DNA of 64,000 bases, taken from Rhodosorus marinus CCMP1338 (Eukaryota; Plantae; Rhodophyta). The translations under genes and the position numbers were made by a program. Location: NCBI GenBank assembly GCA_029953675.1, contig JAMWBK010000002.1, positions 1,674,001-1,738,000 of the forward strand. The letters run 5' to 3'. This document shows, one piece after another, positions 24,101-34,365 of this stretch. Within the stretch, counting starts at the first letter, position 1. Each line of letters starts with the position of its first letter. The notes under the pieces are model-generated. The model did not search any database and had not been told where the DNA came from. It saw only the letters and a list, made by a program, of their open reading frames with translations.

Positions 24101-26952
24101 TAGAGGAATGGCGTGGCTCTCCTGGTGGGAATGTAGCTTGCGCTACTCAACTAACTGCTTAACTTCCTGGCTTGCAGATTGTGAAGAAGTTGGGACCGAA
24201 CTCGATTTCAGATATTTCGTCTATTCTTGCACTATATAGACCAGGACCGTTGGACGCTGGACTTGTGGACACTTTTATTGATAGAAAACATGGGAGGGAG
24301 CCAGTCCAGTTTGAACATCCACTCCTCGAATCCATACTTCACGAGACGTACGGAGTTTTAGTATATCAAGTGCGTCTGTTTTGCATTTGCTAGTTCGCCT
24401 GAAATCGTAACAGCGTGCCTGACTAGAAGTTCGTCTTTTTTTTTCCTCGCAGGAGCAAATTATGCAAGTTGCCAGGGATCTAGCTGGCTACAGTCTCGGA
24501 CAAGCTGATATTCTACGACGAGCTATGGGGAAGAAGAAAACAGATGTTATGGAACACGAGCGTGGCAGATTTGTCTCCGGCGCCATCAAGAACAATATTG
24601 ATAGGAAGCTTGCTGAAAAGTTATTTGAAAGCATGCTCAAATTTGCGGAGTATTGCTTCAATAAGAGTCACTCCACAGCCTACGCGTGAGCCCGTTAGCC
24701 TTTTGCTCGGTACTCTGAATCGTATTCAGTTTAAGCACTGACAAGAATTTTGCTTTATGATGTAGGTACCTTACATTCCAAACAGCGTGGCTAAAGACCC
24801 ACTACCCCGTAGAATTCATGGCTTCTGTTCTCCGGCTGAACTCGGACAACATGACAAAACTTCCGAGATACATTGATGACGCTGCCTCGCAAGGTGTTGT
24901 TGTTCTTGCTCCCTCTGTAAATACGAGCGACGTAATGTTTGCCCCTGTGTATACGCTGCCATCTGGTTGCAAGGCACCGAGCTCAAGGTAGGGACGGAAT
25001 GTTGCGGATTAGCGTTGTAGAGCATCAGAATTAAGTTCAGTTCTCTTTCCGTAGGAACGGGTATGTGGGCTTTGGACTTGGCGCTGTCAAGGGAATCGGA
25101 GAAGTCGCTGCGCAAGCAATCACCGACGAAAGAATCAGGGGCGGGGATTTCAAGTCCATCTTCGACTTCTGTGCGAGGTACGACCGTTTAGAAGGGACTT
25201 TGGTGTGGTTTCGTATTGCGGAAGCTCATCCACCCTAGCGGAACGATTAGTATTGACGAGAATTCTACTTCCTCTTCGGTAGGCTTCCTTCAAAAGTAGC
25301 GGGGAAGCGGGTCCTTGAAAACCTTGTTCAATGTGGAGCATTCGATGATCTCCATGAGAACCGTAAAGCGGTTTTCAACTCAATTCCCCAAATTTTGGAC
25401 TGGCGGAAGAAGTTAGACGCAAAACGAAAGCGGGCTGCCGCCAAGCTGAAGGAAGGAGGCCTTTCTGAGGTTGTGCATGACATAGACTCTGACGAAATTG
25501 TGAACAAGATAAGAGGGTCCTGGCTGGAGGCGGAATCCGACTATAGCGTGATGGAGAGGTACTTTATAGAAAAGCAGCTAGTTGGCTTCCTGACCTCGGG
25601 TGACCTTCACAAGGAAGTGAGTCACTGCTGAATCGCGAAATCGTTTCAACATGAGACTGTGTCGCGACGGCTGATTTTGCTCTTTCCTCCGTATTCCTAG
25701 TACGAGCGTTGGGTTCGGTTTGCTTTGCCGAACACGTTGGATGCAGCCAGAGGAGGCCCTCAATCCCCAGCGGAGGAGTCGGAGGTGCTCGATGATCGGC
25801 CTCAGGAAGCAGGTATCTGGCGATGCGAATTCTAATTCAGTTTAATCATAGGCAGAGAAATTAATGCTTTTCTTCGACTTCCATGATGGCGTTTGACAAC
25901 AGAAGCCAAACGACAGTCAAGCGACCAGTTCTACTCTAAACCTTTAAAGGATGGCGAATCGGATCTCTTTTTTGGGGTTGTTACTGACACGAAGAAACTG
26001 TTCACTAAGAACGGCGCGAACCCAATGATGAAGTTCACATTGGAAGACGCCACTGGGGAAATTCCGTGCGTGGCGTTCACAAGGACCTATGCACGGTAAG
26101 AACGTGATTGACATGAGGTTGCTTCTCTGAACCTTTTGCGTTGGATCGCTGTACGTTCTGCTGCCCAGCTTACCCTTTTCGCCGTGTCAACGCAAACACA
26201 AAAACAAACTACAGGGTGAAGGACTATCTTGAAGTAGGAAACCGTGTGGCCGTCTACGGCAAGGTGAGGAGGTACTCTGGTGCAGAGATCCATGTCGAAG
26301 GCGCACATATGATGGAAGATTACATTGTTGTCTTGGCTTACTTGGAGAACCAGGGCTCTGCTTCCAAGGTACGATCAAGAGTGTTACAGTCAACCGATTG
26401 GGTTGTATCAGTTTGCTAAGCCAACTGGGTTCCTTCCCTTCTGCGGAAACAGCCAACAATCAGGGAGAACTTGACTGGTGCTTTGGAACATCTTGCAACC
26501 CAGCAAGATGGTGGTAACACGATGATGAGTTTGAGGATTGCGGTACGTCTTGTTTTTGGTTAATGCTCTTGAAAAGTTGCTCATTCGTCGGCTTTCCCGG
26601 GATACGCTGATGAATTCGATGGATCCGGCCTCGCTTCGTCACTCATTGGAAGCTCTTCCTTTCTTTTGAACAGACCATTGGATCGCGATCGGATCCGTTG
26701 ATGCCCGAAAATATTGTAAACAGCAGATGGAAGCACATTGTAAGGGTAAGGGACAAAGAATATGTCCGCAGGGTTTTCATGCATTACGACGTCCCCGCGT
26801 TGATATGCCCACTGCGTGACTATGAGCGACTGATGAGGGACCGAGACATCAAAAAGTTCGAAGAACAAGTATTCTACGGAGATGAAGAGGAGCCAGTGCG
26901 TGAGGACGACTACGCACAAACGCTTGAGCGCAAAAACGTCGGCAGCGGCTAA
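21164..26952 (+). CDS. dnaE: DNA polymerase III alpha subunit (family C), nuclear-encoded, 20 exons, ~1327 aa, with transit-peptide-like N-terminus
   Basis: Hand-built exons: 21164-21534, 21633-21886, 21984-22207, 22292-22435, 22524-22613, 22705-22924, 23077-23294, 23386-23522, 23605-23874, 23961-24084, 24178-24369, 24453-24685, 24766-24987, 25055-25177, 25283-25616, 25701-25812, 25903-26095, 26215-26368, 26453-26542, 26674-26952. All introns are GT-AG and all phases are consistent. Motifs: [74 protein letters not shown] and an OB fold. Confidence 0.95.
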
Positions 26953-27986
26953 GTAAGCCTGCAGTCGCTGTTGTCTGCAGAAAAATGATTGCTTTGTCGG
27001 CCGTTTGATTGCTCTGAACAAAACGGAGGGAGTACTTTATGCCTCGTCTCAATCTCCGCAGCTAGGAGGGCGTTGTAAATTGCTTGTCATTTGGAGGCGA
27101 GTACTGAACGCTTCCGCAGAGTGTTCGGTACAGGAAACTCGCGCACACTCAGATTTTTCGATAGCGAATAGTAGTTCTGGAGATCTTGGCGAGCTTTTAC
27201 GGCCTCAGTCGTCCAGTTCACCCTTTCCATGGAGAATCTCATCTGGACCGCTCGCAGCGCTCAGGCAAGGTTGACAGTCGAACTGACCATTGGATATATG
27301 GTTTGTGGATTCTCGTTCACCATTTACCCACCTGGATCCTGCGCAATGCCTTTTTGGGGAGCCACATTAGAGCTTTACGGGCAGCTCCTCAGCAAGGGGT
27401 CATGGACTGAGAACTCGAACCGCTGGCGCAAAGCAAAATCATAAGCAGAACCGGAGACGAGTGAAGCACATGTCCATTGGCAAAGTCACCACAGCTCGAT
27501 CGAGTGTCCAGGAATAGATTAAAATCAAGTAACCGATTGGAATATTGGTGATAGGTTTGAACCTACCCGCATGGAATTGATACTGCAGCCGAAAACGAGT
27601 GAGAGGAGCAATGCTTCAAAACCGGGGCAAGATAAACCAGATTGCAAATAGTGGTTATTATCTTAAAACTTTGTAACGGCTACTTGTTCTTAGCAGGAGA
27701 TTCAAATAATGGCCGGGGTTAATTTAATTGATATAATTTCTAACTTCAACGCCTTTCCAAAGGGAGTGTTTGATGACTGTGTATATGCCATGCTCGGGCT
27801 GTTGTCACATTCCAGGCAGCGGTGCCCTTGAGGAGAAGAGCATAGGTTCGGGATTTGGCCTTCTCTGTGCTGTTTGGGATATATTGTTTAAGTGTAGAAC
27901 AGGCAGGCTATGTAGATGAATTTGTCTGACCTAGGGTGTAGGCTTCAAAGCTTTTCTTCCAGTTCAAGCAGACAATAGAGCAATCA

Positions 27987-30149
27987 ATGGAAACGGAGAT
28001 AAACAGCATGGATGTTCTTCCTGCACATTTCCTGGACATGCTTTCGGGAATCTGGGGAGAGACAGGGAAAGAGAAGGCTGAGCGGGAGGAGTTCCTTCGA
28101 GAGACAGGCGACAGTGTCCTCCAGATTCTAGCTAGTAGGGTAAATTCGCAAAAACTGCTCGCGGAACAATTGCGAAGAGAACGTGACGAGTTGGTGCAAG
28201 ACATTGAGGTCCTTTGCTCTGACGTTGGGGGGACGCCCATGGATGCATCGATTTTAGAGGGTTTAGCAAGCAGCGCGCAGGTGGCGAAGCTTAAGCGAGA
28301 GCGGGGTAGTCTGCTGGATGAGCAGAAACGGATGAAGTCAGATGCGGCAAAAATACGGGACTCGATTGTGTCCGTTTGGGTGGACACACTTGGTGAACCA
28401 TATGAGAATCTGTCCATCCTAACATGCAGCAAGTCCTGCTTTCTGGAAAAGGTTCTCCACGCAGAGGAGCTACAAGTTAGTTCAATTGCAGCTAAGAGAA
28501 AGGTCAAGGTTGAAGCTCTACTTACCAAGATATCAGATTTGTTGAAGACGCTCGGTAGAGAACCTCGCAACTCCCAACATGCAGTTGATCAGGCGTTGAT
28601 TCTTGGCAGTTCGTCAAGGTGCGTGCACAATCAACTCTTTTGTGGTTTGGATTCGAAGATCAAAGCGCTTCCGTAAAATTTTCGCTGGTGCTTCTCAGAT
28701 CGGAAGAATGGATACGGAATATGCTGATGTGCCATCTGTGTTAATAACCCCTACTAGACTGGATCGTACTTGGATGGAGACTGTAGAGGCAAGACTTAAA
28801 GAGGTTGAAGAGGAAGAGAACAGACGTCGAGTAGAACTAGCAGAGTTGGTGAAAATCGCTTTCGATCTGTATAAATCGCTTGATTTACCAAGCGAGCAGT
28901 CAGCAAAGTTCATGGAGGCAAATTCCAATGTGTCCGATGATTCCATGAACGCCTGGCGGTTTGAGATTGCTCGTCTTCAGGAAGTACGAAACCAGAGGAT
29001 AGAGGTAAGCGCTTCCTTTTTGGAGACATAAACCGAGCATTCGGATTTCGGGCAACTAAACAGCCCTCCTTTCGCGTTGCGATAGAACTCCGTGAGGAGC
29101 CGATTGAGTCTATTGGAATCTTTGTGGAATGAGTTGGGAGTTCTTGAAGAACAGAGGGGCTCATATACGTTTGTGCCCGGCAACATCGAAGCTCAGGACG
29201 AGGTTGCTAGAAGACTTCGTGAGGAGCTCACTCGGCTGGAGACAGGACAATCCTTGGTTGAACCTCTGAGAGAACTTTTAAGTAGGCGAAGCGATCTGCG
29301 AATAAAGCGACTCGCTCTTGACTTAGAAGCGGAAAATCCGAAGCGGCTATTGGAGCGAAAGCCGTCTGAGGCCGGAAAGCTCTTGAGAGAAGAGAAACTG
29401 CGGCGTGAAATTTCGGCACTGCCTCGAATTGACGCAATGGCTCTGAAAGGGTAGGACGAGCACGCATCATGACACTATTTTGCATACCGTGGTGCTTCTA
29501 TTCCGAAAGGTTGTTCACTTCAAATTCTTCCTGGCGGGGTATGCGTGTGCCTTTTGTTCACTGTTTTTGAAGATTGGCAGAGTACAAGAACAAAACCGGT
29601 GTTGACTTTGTGTGGGATAGAAATGTTGCGGAGACGCTTGTCCGCCAAGAGCAGCACGCAGATGAACTTGTTCGCGAGGAGAAACGTCTAAAGAGGTTAG
29701 TACGGGGCGAGGGGTTCTCGAAATAGCCAGTGGACAGAAATCCGCTATTCCAGAGCCGGGCAGTACTGGTCCCAATCTGCAACACTTACGTTCTCTTTAT
29801 TTCGTTCTGCGTAAGGATCACGACGCGTTCAAACAATCGTCATGGATTGAGAACCACTAGTGGGATGGAGAACGGCAATCGTTCCAAGAACATTGTCTCA
29901 ATAAGCTTGAAGACGCCAACATCGATTCGGCGCGGAACGTTCAGAGCGGCAACAGAATCAAGCGCGCGCAAGCGAACTTCCCCCAGGCGTAGTGGGAGAA
30001 AGGACAGCATCGAAGAGAGCAGCAGTAAATCAACGGCCAAACGCTTAAGTATTTCCGGTGAGAATCTGCTCAAGGAGTTTTCGAAGCAGGAGAACGCACC
30101 CAACCGACTCCCGAGTGAGTCCTCTTCGGAGGTCAAAGATAGCAGATAA
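27987..30149 (+). CDS. MAP65/Ase1/PRC1 microtubule cross-linker, spliced
   Basis: Long coiled coils with repeated LW..LG units, signature ENPKRLLERK..GKLLREEK.RR..LP, and a Ser/Arg-rich basic tail. Confidence 0.8.
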
Positions 30150-30479
30150 CGCAAAACAATCACTTTGATTCGAGGGACGCTAAAAGGGGTTCCATAACAG
30201 CTCTCATGGAACTCCAGGAGAATTGATTGGCTAAATGCGAGCAATTCTTACTTAAGAAATTTGTAAAGTATTGACGTGCGGAAGTCGGAAGATATTGTTG
30301 AGCTTGCCTGGCGAGGGAATTTGACGTTCATGTTCCGCTGGGCATGTGGAATCTCAACGATGACAAGTCATGCTGGGGTTAAAAGGAGGCTACGGGGTAA
30401 GAGACCTAGGAGGCTGGTGTTTTGGGGGAGAATTTGATGAGAACTCTCCAAAGAAATTCTCTAGACATGTGATTATTGG

Positions 30480-30845
30480 TCAGCCGTCAATCTTAATTCT
30501 TCGCAAGCAGGAAGCTTGCATATATATAATAAATACAAGTTGGGAAATGTTCGCATACTCCTTTGGCCTTGAGGCGGTCAAGAGCTGTGCATGCAAAGGT
30601 CTACACAAGGTTAGCAGCTCAATATAAAGATAGATCAAGCTAGTGCATGTACTCCACATCTTATCGGAGAACTTCCTATCGCAGACCGAGCCAACCGCAC
30701 GCAGTGCAATCCCCTTACTGTGGACCGCTTCACACGCCCCTTCCTCCCTCAGCAGCCCCCCCGAGCAACCTATATAGCAAATGACAGCCACGTCACCCTC
30801 TGCACAAATATTAGAAAATAAAAAAAACTGTGTGTGAATCGGCAA
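30480..30845 (-). pseudogene. Possible highly degenerate hAT transposase fragment
   Basis: Weak resemblance only (AVGSVCD; LLTLCRPL..LLTAS..YANISQL). Confidence 0.2.
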
Positions 30846-31439
30846 AGTGGGAAGCTACTTTCCCACAGGGATGAGGCCAGGGAAGAACGTGGAGGGGGGC
30901 TCCTAGATCAGAAACGTCGCACAGTGGCTCTTGAAGGGACTAGAAGAAGTTGTGAACGGTCCGCGAAGGGAACAAAAAGAATTGTGAACGATCGACGAAG
31001 TCAAGAAAAGAGCCTAGAACGGCTGAACAAGTCAAGAGGGCCGAAACAGTAGTAACTAGTCCTATTTGCTACATTATTAATAGGGTTGTCCCGAAGGAAG
31101 AATTACCGATGCGGTAATTCTCCCTATTACCGGATAATCAACCTGAAAATACTGGGAATACGAGCTGGAATCGAGGATTATAAGCAAGATAAACCCCGAT
31201 TCGGAAAAATGATTGTTTTATATAAAAAAGCAGTGTTTATCCTGGTATTAAACGGTAATTGAATTCTATTCTACTGTGGCGGAATCGAGGGTCTAACCGT
31301 AAAAGCAAACCCAGAGAGCAGGTGTTCTGCTACGGAATCGATGCTTATGAACCGAAACATCTCGGTTTTGCCACCTCAAGAGGGGTTCTCAATTCATTAC
31401 AAATTACGTGATTCGGGTTTGGAATGGAGGGTGCAAAAG

Positions 31440-31808
31440 CGGGTGGTCGAATCTGCAAGCAGCCCTTCGAAGAGTTAAGGAACGTTAGTCTGGGGTTACA
31501 TGCTGAGAGCATGGCCAGTCTGCCTTGCGCTGAGGGTCGCTCTCGGCGGTTCCAGCCATTCATTGTGGAAAGCTTTGGTCACGTCGATAAGTCGGGTTTA
31601 GAGTGGTTGTGGAAATGTTTTGCTGAGCATCCTACTGAATATTTGGCGCTCTTGAGGCGTTTAAGTGTCTCCCTTTGGCGATATTCCAGCCACATGCTTT
31701 CCGAGGCGCGCCATCGGCGCCTGGGGTTGCATGCTTCCCTCCCTAGTTAATAATTCATCTTCACGCCTTGCGTAGCGCTTCAGGCTATGCTAGTAAAGTC
31801 CAGTAAAG
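31440..31808 (+). mobile_element. 5'-truncated RLE non-LTR retroelement, family C (endonuclease C-terminus plus 3' tail)
   Basis: FQPFIVESFGHVDKSGLEWL..LLRRLSVSLWR. The tail GCGTAGCGCTTCAGGCTATGCTAG is shared with copies at ~53815 and ~56755. Confidence 0.75.
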
Positions 31809-31830
31809 CATGACTGAGCAACGGTCATGA

Positions 31831-32017
31831 ATACTTACCTGGCCGGGCTGATCGCTTCTCAAGAGCATCTGCTTGGATGAGAATTGAGCATAGCACGTCA
31901 CTTTATCTTCGGACATCTGTGGCAAGCTCGCTTGTCTCGTACGAAGTCACCTTTGTGTGACCCTCGACGGCTTAACTTCTGACCATGGCAAGGAGATTCG
32001 CGTTCGCGCGACCTCCC
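31831..32017 (+). ncRNA. U1: U1 snRNA (gene or pseudogene), divergent
   Basis: 5' ATACTTACCTGG, closing helix GCCG/CGGC, SL-I with a TCAAGAG core, SL-II loop ATAGCAC (canonical ATTGCAC), Sm-like AACTTCTGA preceded by CTCGACGGC, and terminal SL-IV GGAG.TTCGCG-TTCG-CGCGA.CTCC with a UUCG tetraloop. Confidence 0.8.
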
Positions 32018-32043
32018 TAATTCCCTCCCGGCGGGATTGCCAT

Positions 32044-32920
32044 TCGATTGTGTTTAATCGGAGCCCGAGGGGGAAAAAAAGGGCTACGGTCGGCGAAAGA
32101 TCGTGCGCCTCCATCATCAAAGCAGCGTTCGTACGCCACAGCAGAAAGCTTAATCGGGTAAACAACGAGGAAAGACGGTCAGGGCGTTCTCGGAACAGCT
32201 CTCGAAGCCAACGAGAACCCACGGAATCCATAAATCCGAAGCACTCAACTATCAACGGGACCAGGCGAGGAGCTAAGGCCGAAGCTCGAATTCGCGACGA
32301 AGACAAAGCCCTCGCATATTTCACTTCCTTGCTAGGTCTCATAGTGGCAGCGGCGAATCCACGGCGCTCTCCCGCAGCAGGCAGATAACGGCTAGCCCGA
32401 GGATTAGGAACGGCAAGATCAACGTACGCAGTTCGGCGGCTATCGTCACAGGTAACCACGAGGTCGGCAACTCGGCGTTCGTCATTTTGGTAGTCAGCCA
32501 TAGGCAGAGGTTTCTCACGCTCGATTTCAAGACCAGATTGCCGTACGATGGCCGCACCTCGAGATAGAGTAGGGTCAGGATCCGTTTATAGCGGCGGGGT
32601 CGAGCTCCTTTCACAGTCGGGCTGCTAGCGAGCAAGTGAGCTCCAAAAAAATTCGAGGTATCTTCGTGCCGAAGGCATAGAGGGCATGGCGAGCCCGGGT
32701 CGGAAGGCCACGGCGGGTGGCGTAGACCCAGATACAGGCGAAGAAAGGTACGAACCTCAAAGTCCGTGAGCATCAGGGGCGGGAAGGCCGGAATGGTAGT
32801 CAGCCATTGAGAGCTCAGGCAGCCACCAGACTCCGCAAGCTCACTCGGTCGCTGGGGGATGAGACCAATTGCGCCAGAAGTCGTCCGTTCCCAGCACGGT
32901 GCAAGTCCCAAGAAAGGGTG
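32044..32920 (-). mobile_element. RLE non-LTR retroelement, family B (CCHC zinc finger plus RLE), frameshifted
   Basis: CPLC..GAHLLASS..R, ADLVVTCD..AYVDLAV and LVPLIVECFG, ending in the 3' tail CTCCGATTAAACA. Confidence 0.85.
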
Positions 32921-32934
32921 TTTTGTATCGCATC

Positions 32935-33290
32935 CAATTGAATGAATGTGTTTAATCGGAGAATTAAATAATTAACGCTGCCGCTACGGGACGTTGCAAA
33001 GGAAGTGAAATATGAGAGGGCTTTGTCGGCCCCAGGAGTTGGAGCTTCGGTGTTAGCTCAGCACCTGGTCCCGCTGATAATTGAGTGTTTCGGACTTCTG
33101 GATTTCCGATGGTTCTCCTTGGCTTCGGGAGTTATTCCGGGGAACGCTCCTGACCGTCTTTTCCTCGTTGTTTACCCGTCTAAGTTTCCTGCTGTGGCGT
33201 ATGAACGCTGCCTTGATGTTCGAGGCGCGCGATCTTCGCCGATCGTAGCCTTTGTTGTTTTTTCAGTCTCCGATTAAACACACTCATTAA
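32935..33290 (+). mobile_element. Degenerate family B RLE fragment bounded by two inverted family B 3' tails
   Basis: KYERALSAPGV..LVPLIIECFG. AATGAATGTGTTTAATCGGAGA at ~32941 is nearly the reverse complement of TCTCCGATTAAACACACTCATT at ~33267. Confidence 0.65.
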
Positions 33291-34365
33291 TAGTTAAGAT
33301 GGAGAGGGGGCAGAGACGAAGACAGACTAAAGCAAGTTAGTATTCTGTAAACGAATCTAAAGCCCTTTTGAGAGGAGTGTCGTACAATCCTCAAGGGTTT
33401 GCTCGCCTAGGCAAGTTGGACACTGCTAAGCAGAGTGGGCCTTGCGCGACATTCCTGTAAACGGGCAATCTTATATTGAAAAAAAATCAAATGCGACAAC
33501 GGGCTTACTTTCTCCGATAACCGGAAAAAAACAACCAGAAACATTTCGCGCATACCGAACTCGAGCTCTGCGGACCCCCGTAACCCCAGACTTTGACCAA
33601 TCAAGGACACCAGGCCAAGGTGCTTACAGCGTACTCACTGTTTGTGAGCAGTGTAGACAGTGCTCACAGGGGTGAACCATCCCAACTGCGTACTGGTCCT
33701 ACTAGGGTTGGAGAAGTAGGTCGGTTTTTTTTTGACATTTCCCGACCCAAAGTGGTGAAAAGGGGACAACAGGTTCGTTATCGAGAGAGATTGATAAATT
33801 TGTTTAATCGCAGACTGAAAAAAAACGTTGCAGACCACCACCTGTTTACCACTTGTTGGGACCTTCGGGATCCTCCTTGTCCCGATGTCCCGGTCGGGGG
33901 GAGATAGAGCGCTGATTAGGAACTTACATCAGTCAGGGTACCCTTTATTCCCACTCAGAAATGATGCTTGAGCGTTGCACACCCATTCTCTTTCCATTCC
34001 AAGTTGGATCGAGTCTATACAGAGGAGGAATATACCGGCATTGGGTGAGATATTGTTGAGGACAAGAGTTCTGCAGTAGAACATGATAAGTTTTCAAATC
34101 CAACTCTACGCTGGTTGGTTTTGGTTTCGCTAGTTCACACCAGAGGTTTCCAATATTTGCAATGGACTAGCTTTCGACACATTTGCTCGCTTTCAAAGTA
34201 GGTAGATGGAGAAGGAGAGGCCCGAGTCGAAACAATAAAAGAATTGGTAGTCTGACTACCCGGAAGAGCCAAAGCCTGCAGTTTTCCTTCCTCGTTAAAA
34301 CTTCGTCCGCGCTGGAAAACTTTCCCATGTACCCTGCTTCCGCCTCACGGGTTTTGGACCCGTTT

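Noticed and set aside
24640-24690. Intein in DnaE
   Set aside because: AEY-CFN is contiguous, with no intein blocks.
21164-26952. dnaE as bacterial contamination or a frameshifted pseudogene
   Set aside because: Every break is explained by a GT-AG intron in consistent phase, and the flanking genes are eukaryotic.
31851-31860. ATCGCTTCTC, identical to the U2 snRNA 5' end
   Set aside because: It is not followed by GGCCTTTTGG or the branch-pairing GTGTAGTA, and it forms part of U1 stem I.
31947-32110. C-terminal extension of ORF 31947..32501
   Set aside because: This is read-through of the element's tail caused by a frameshift or lost stop. It runs antisense into U1 and is absent from other family B copies.
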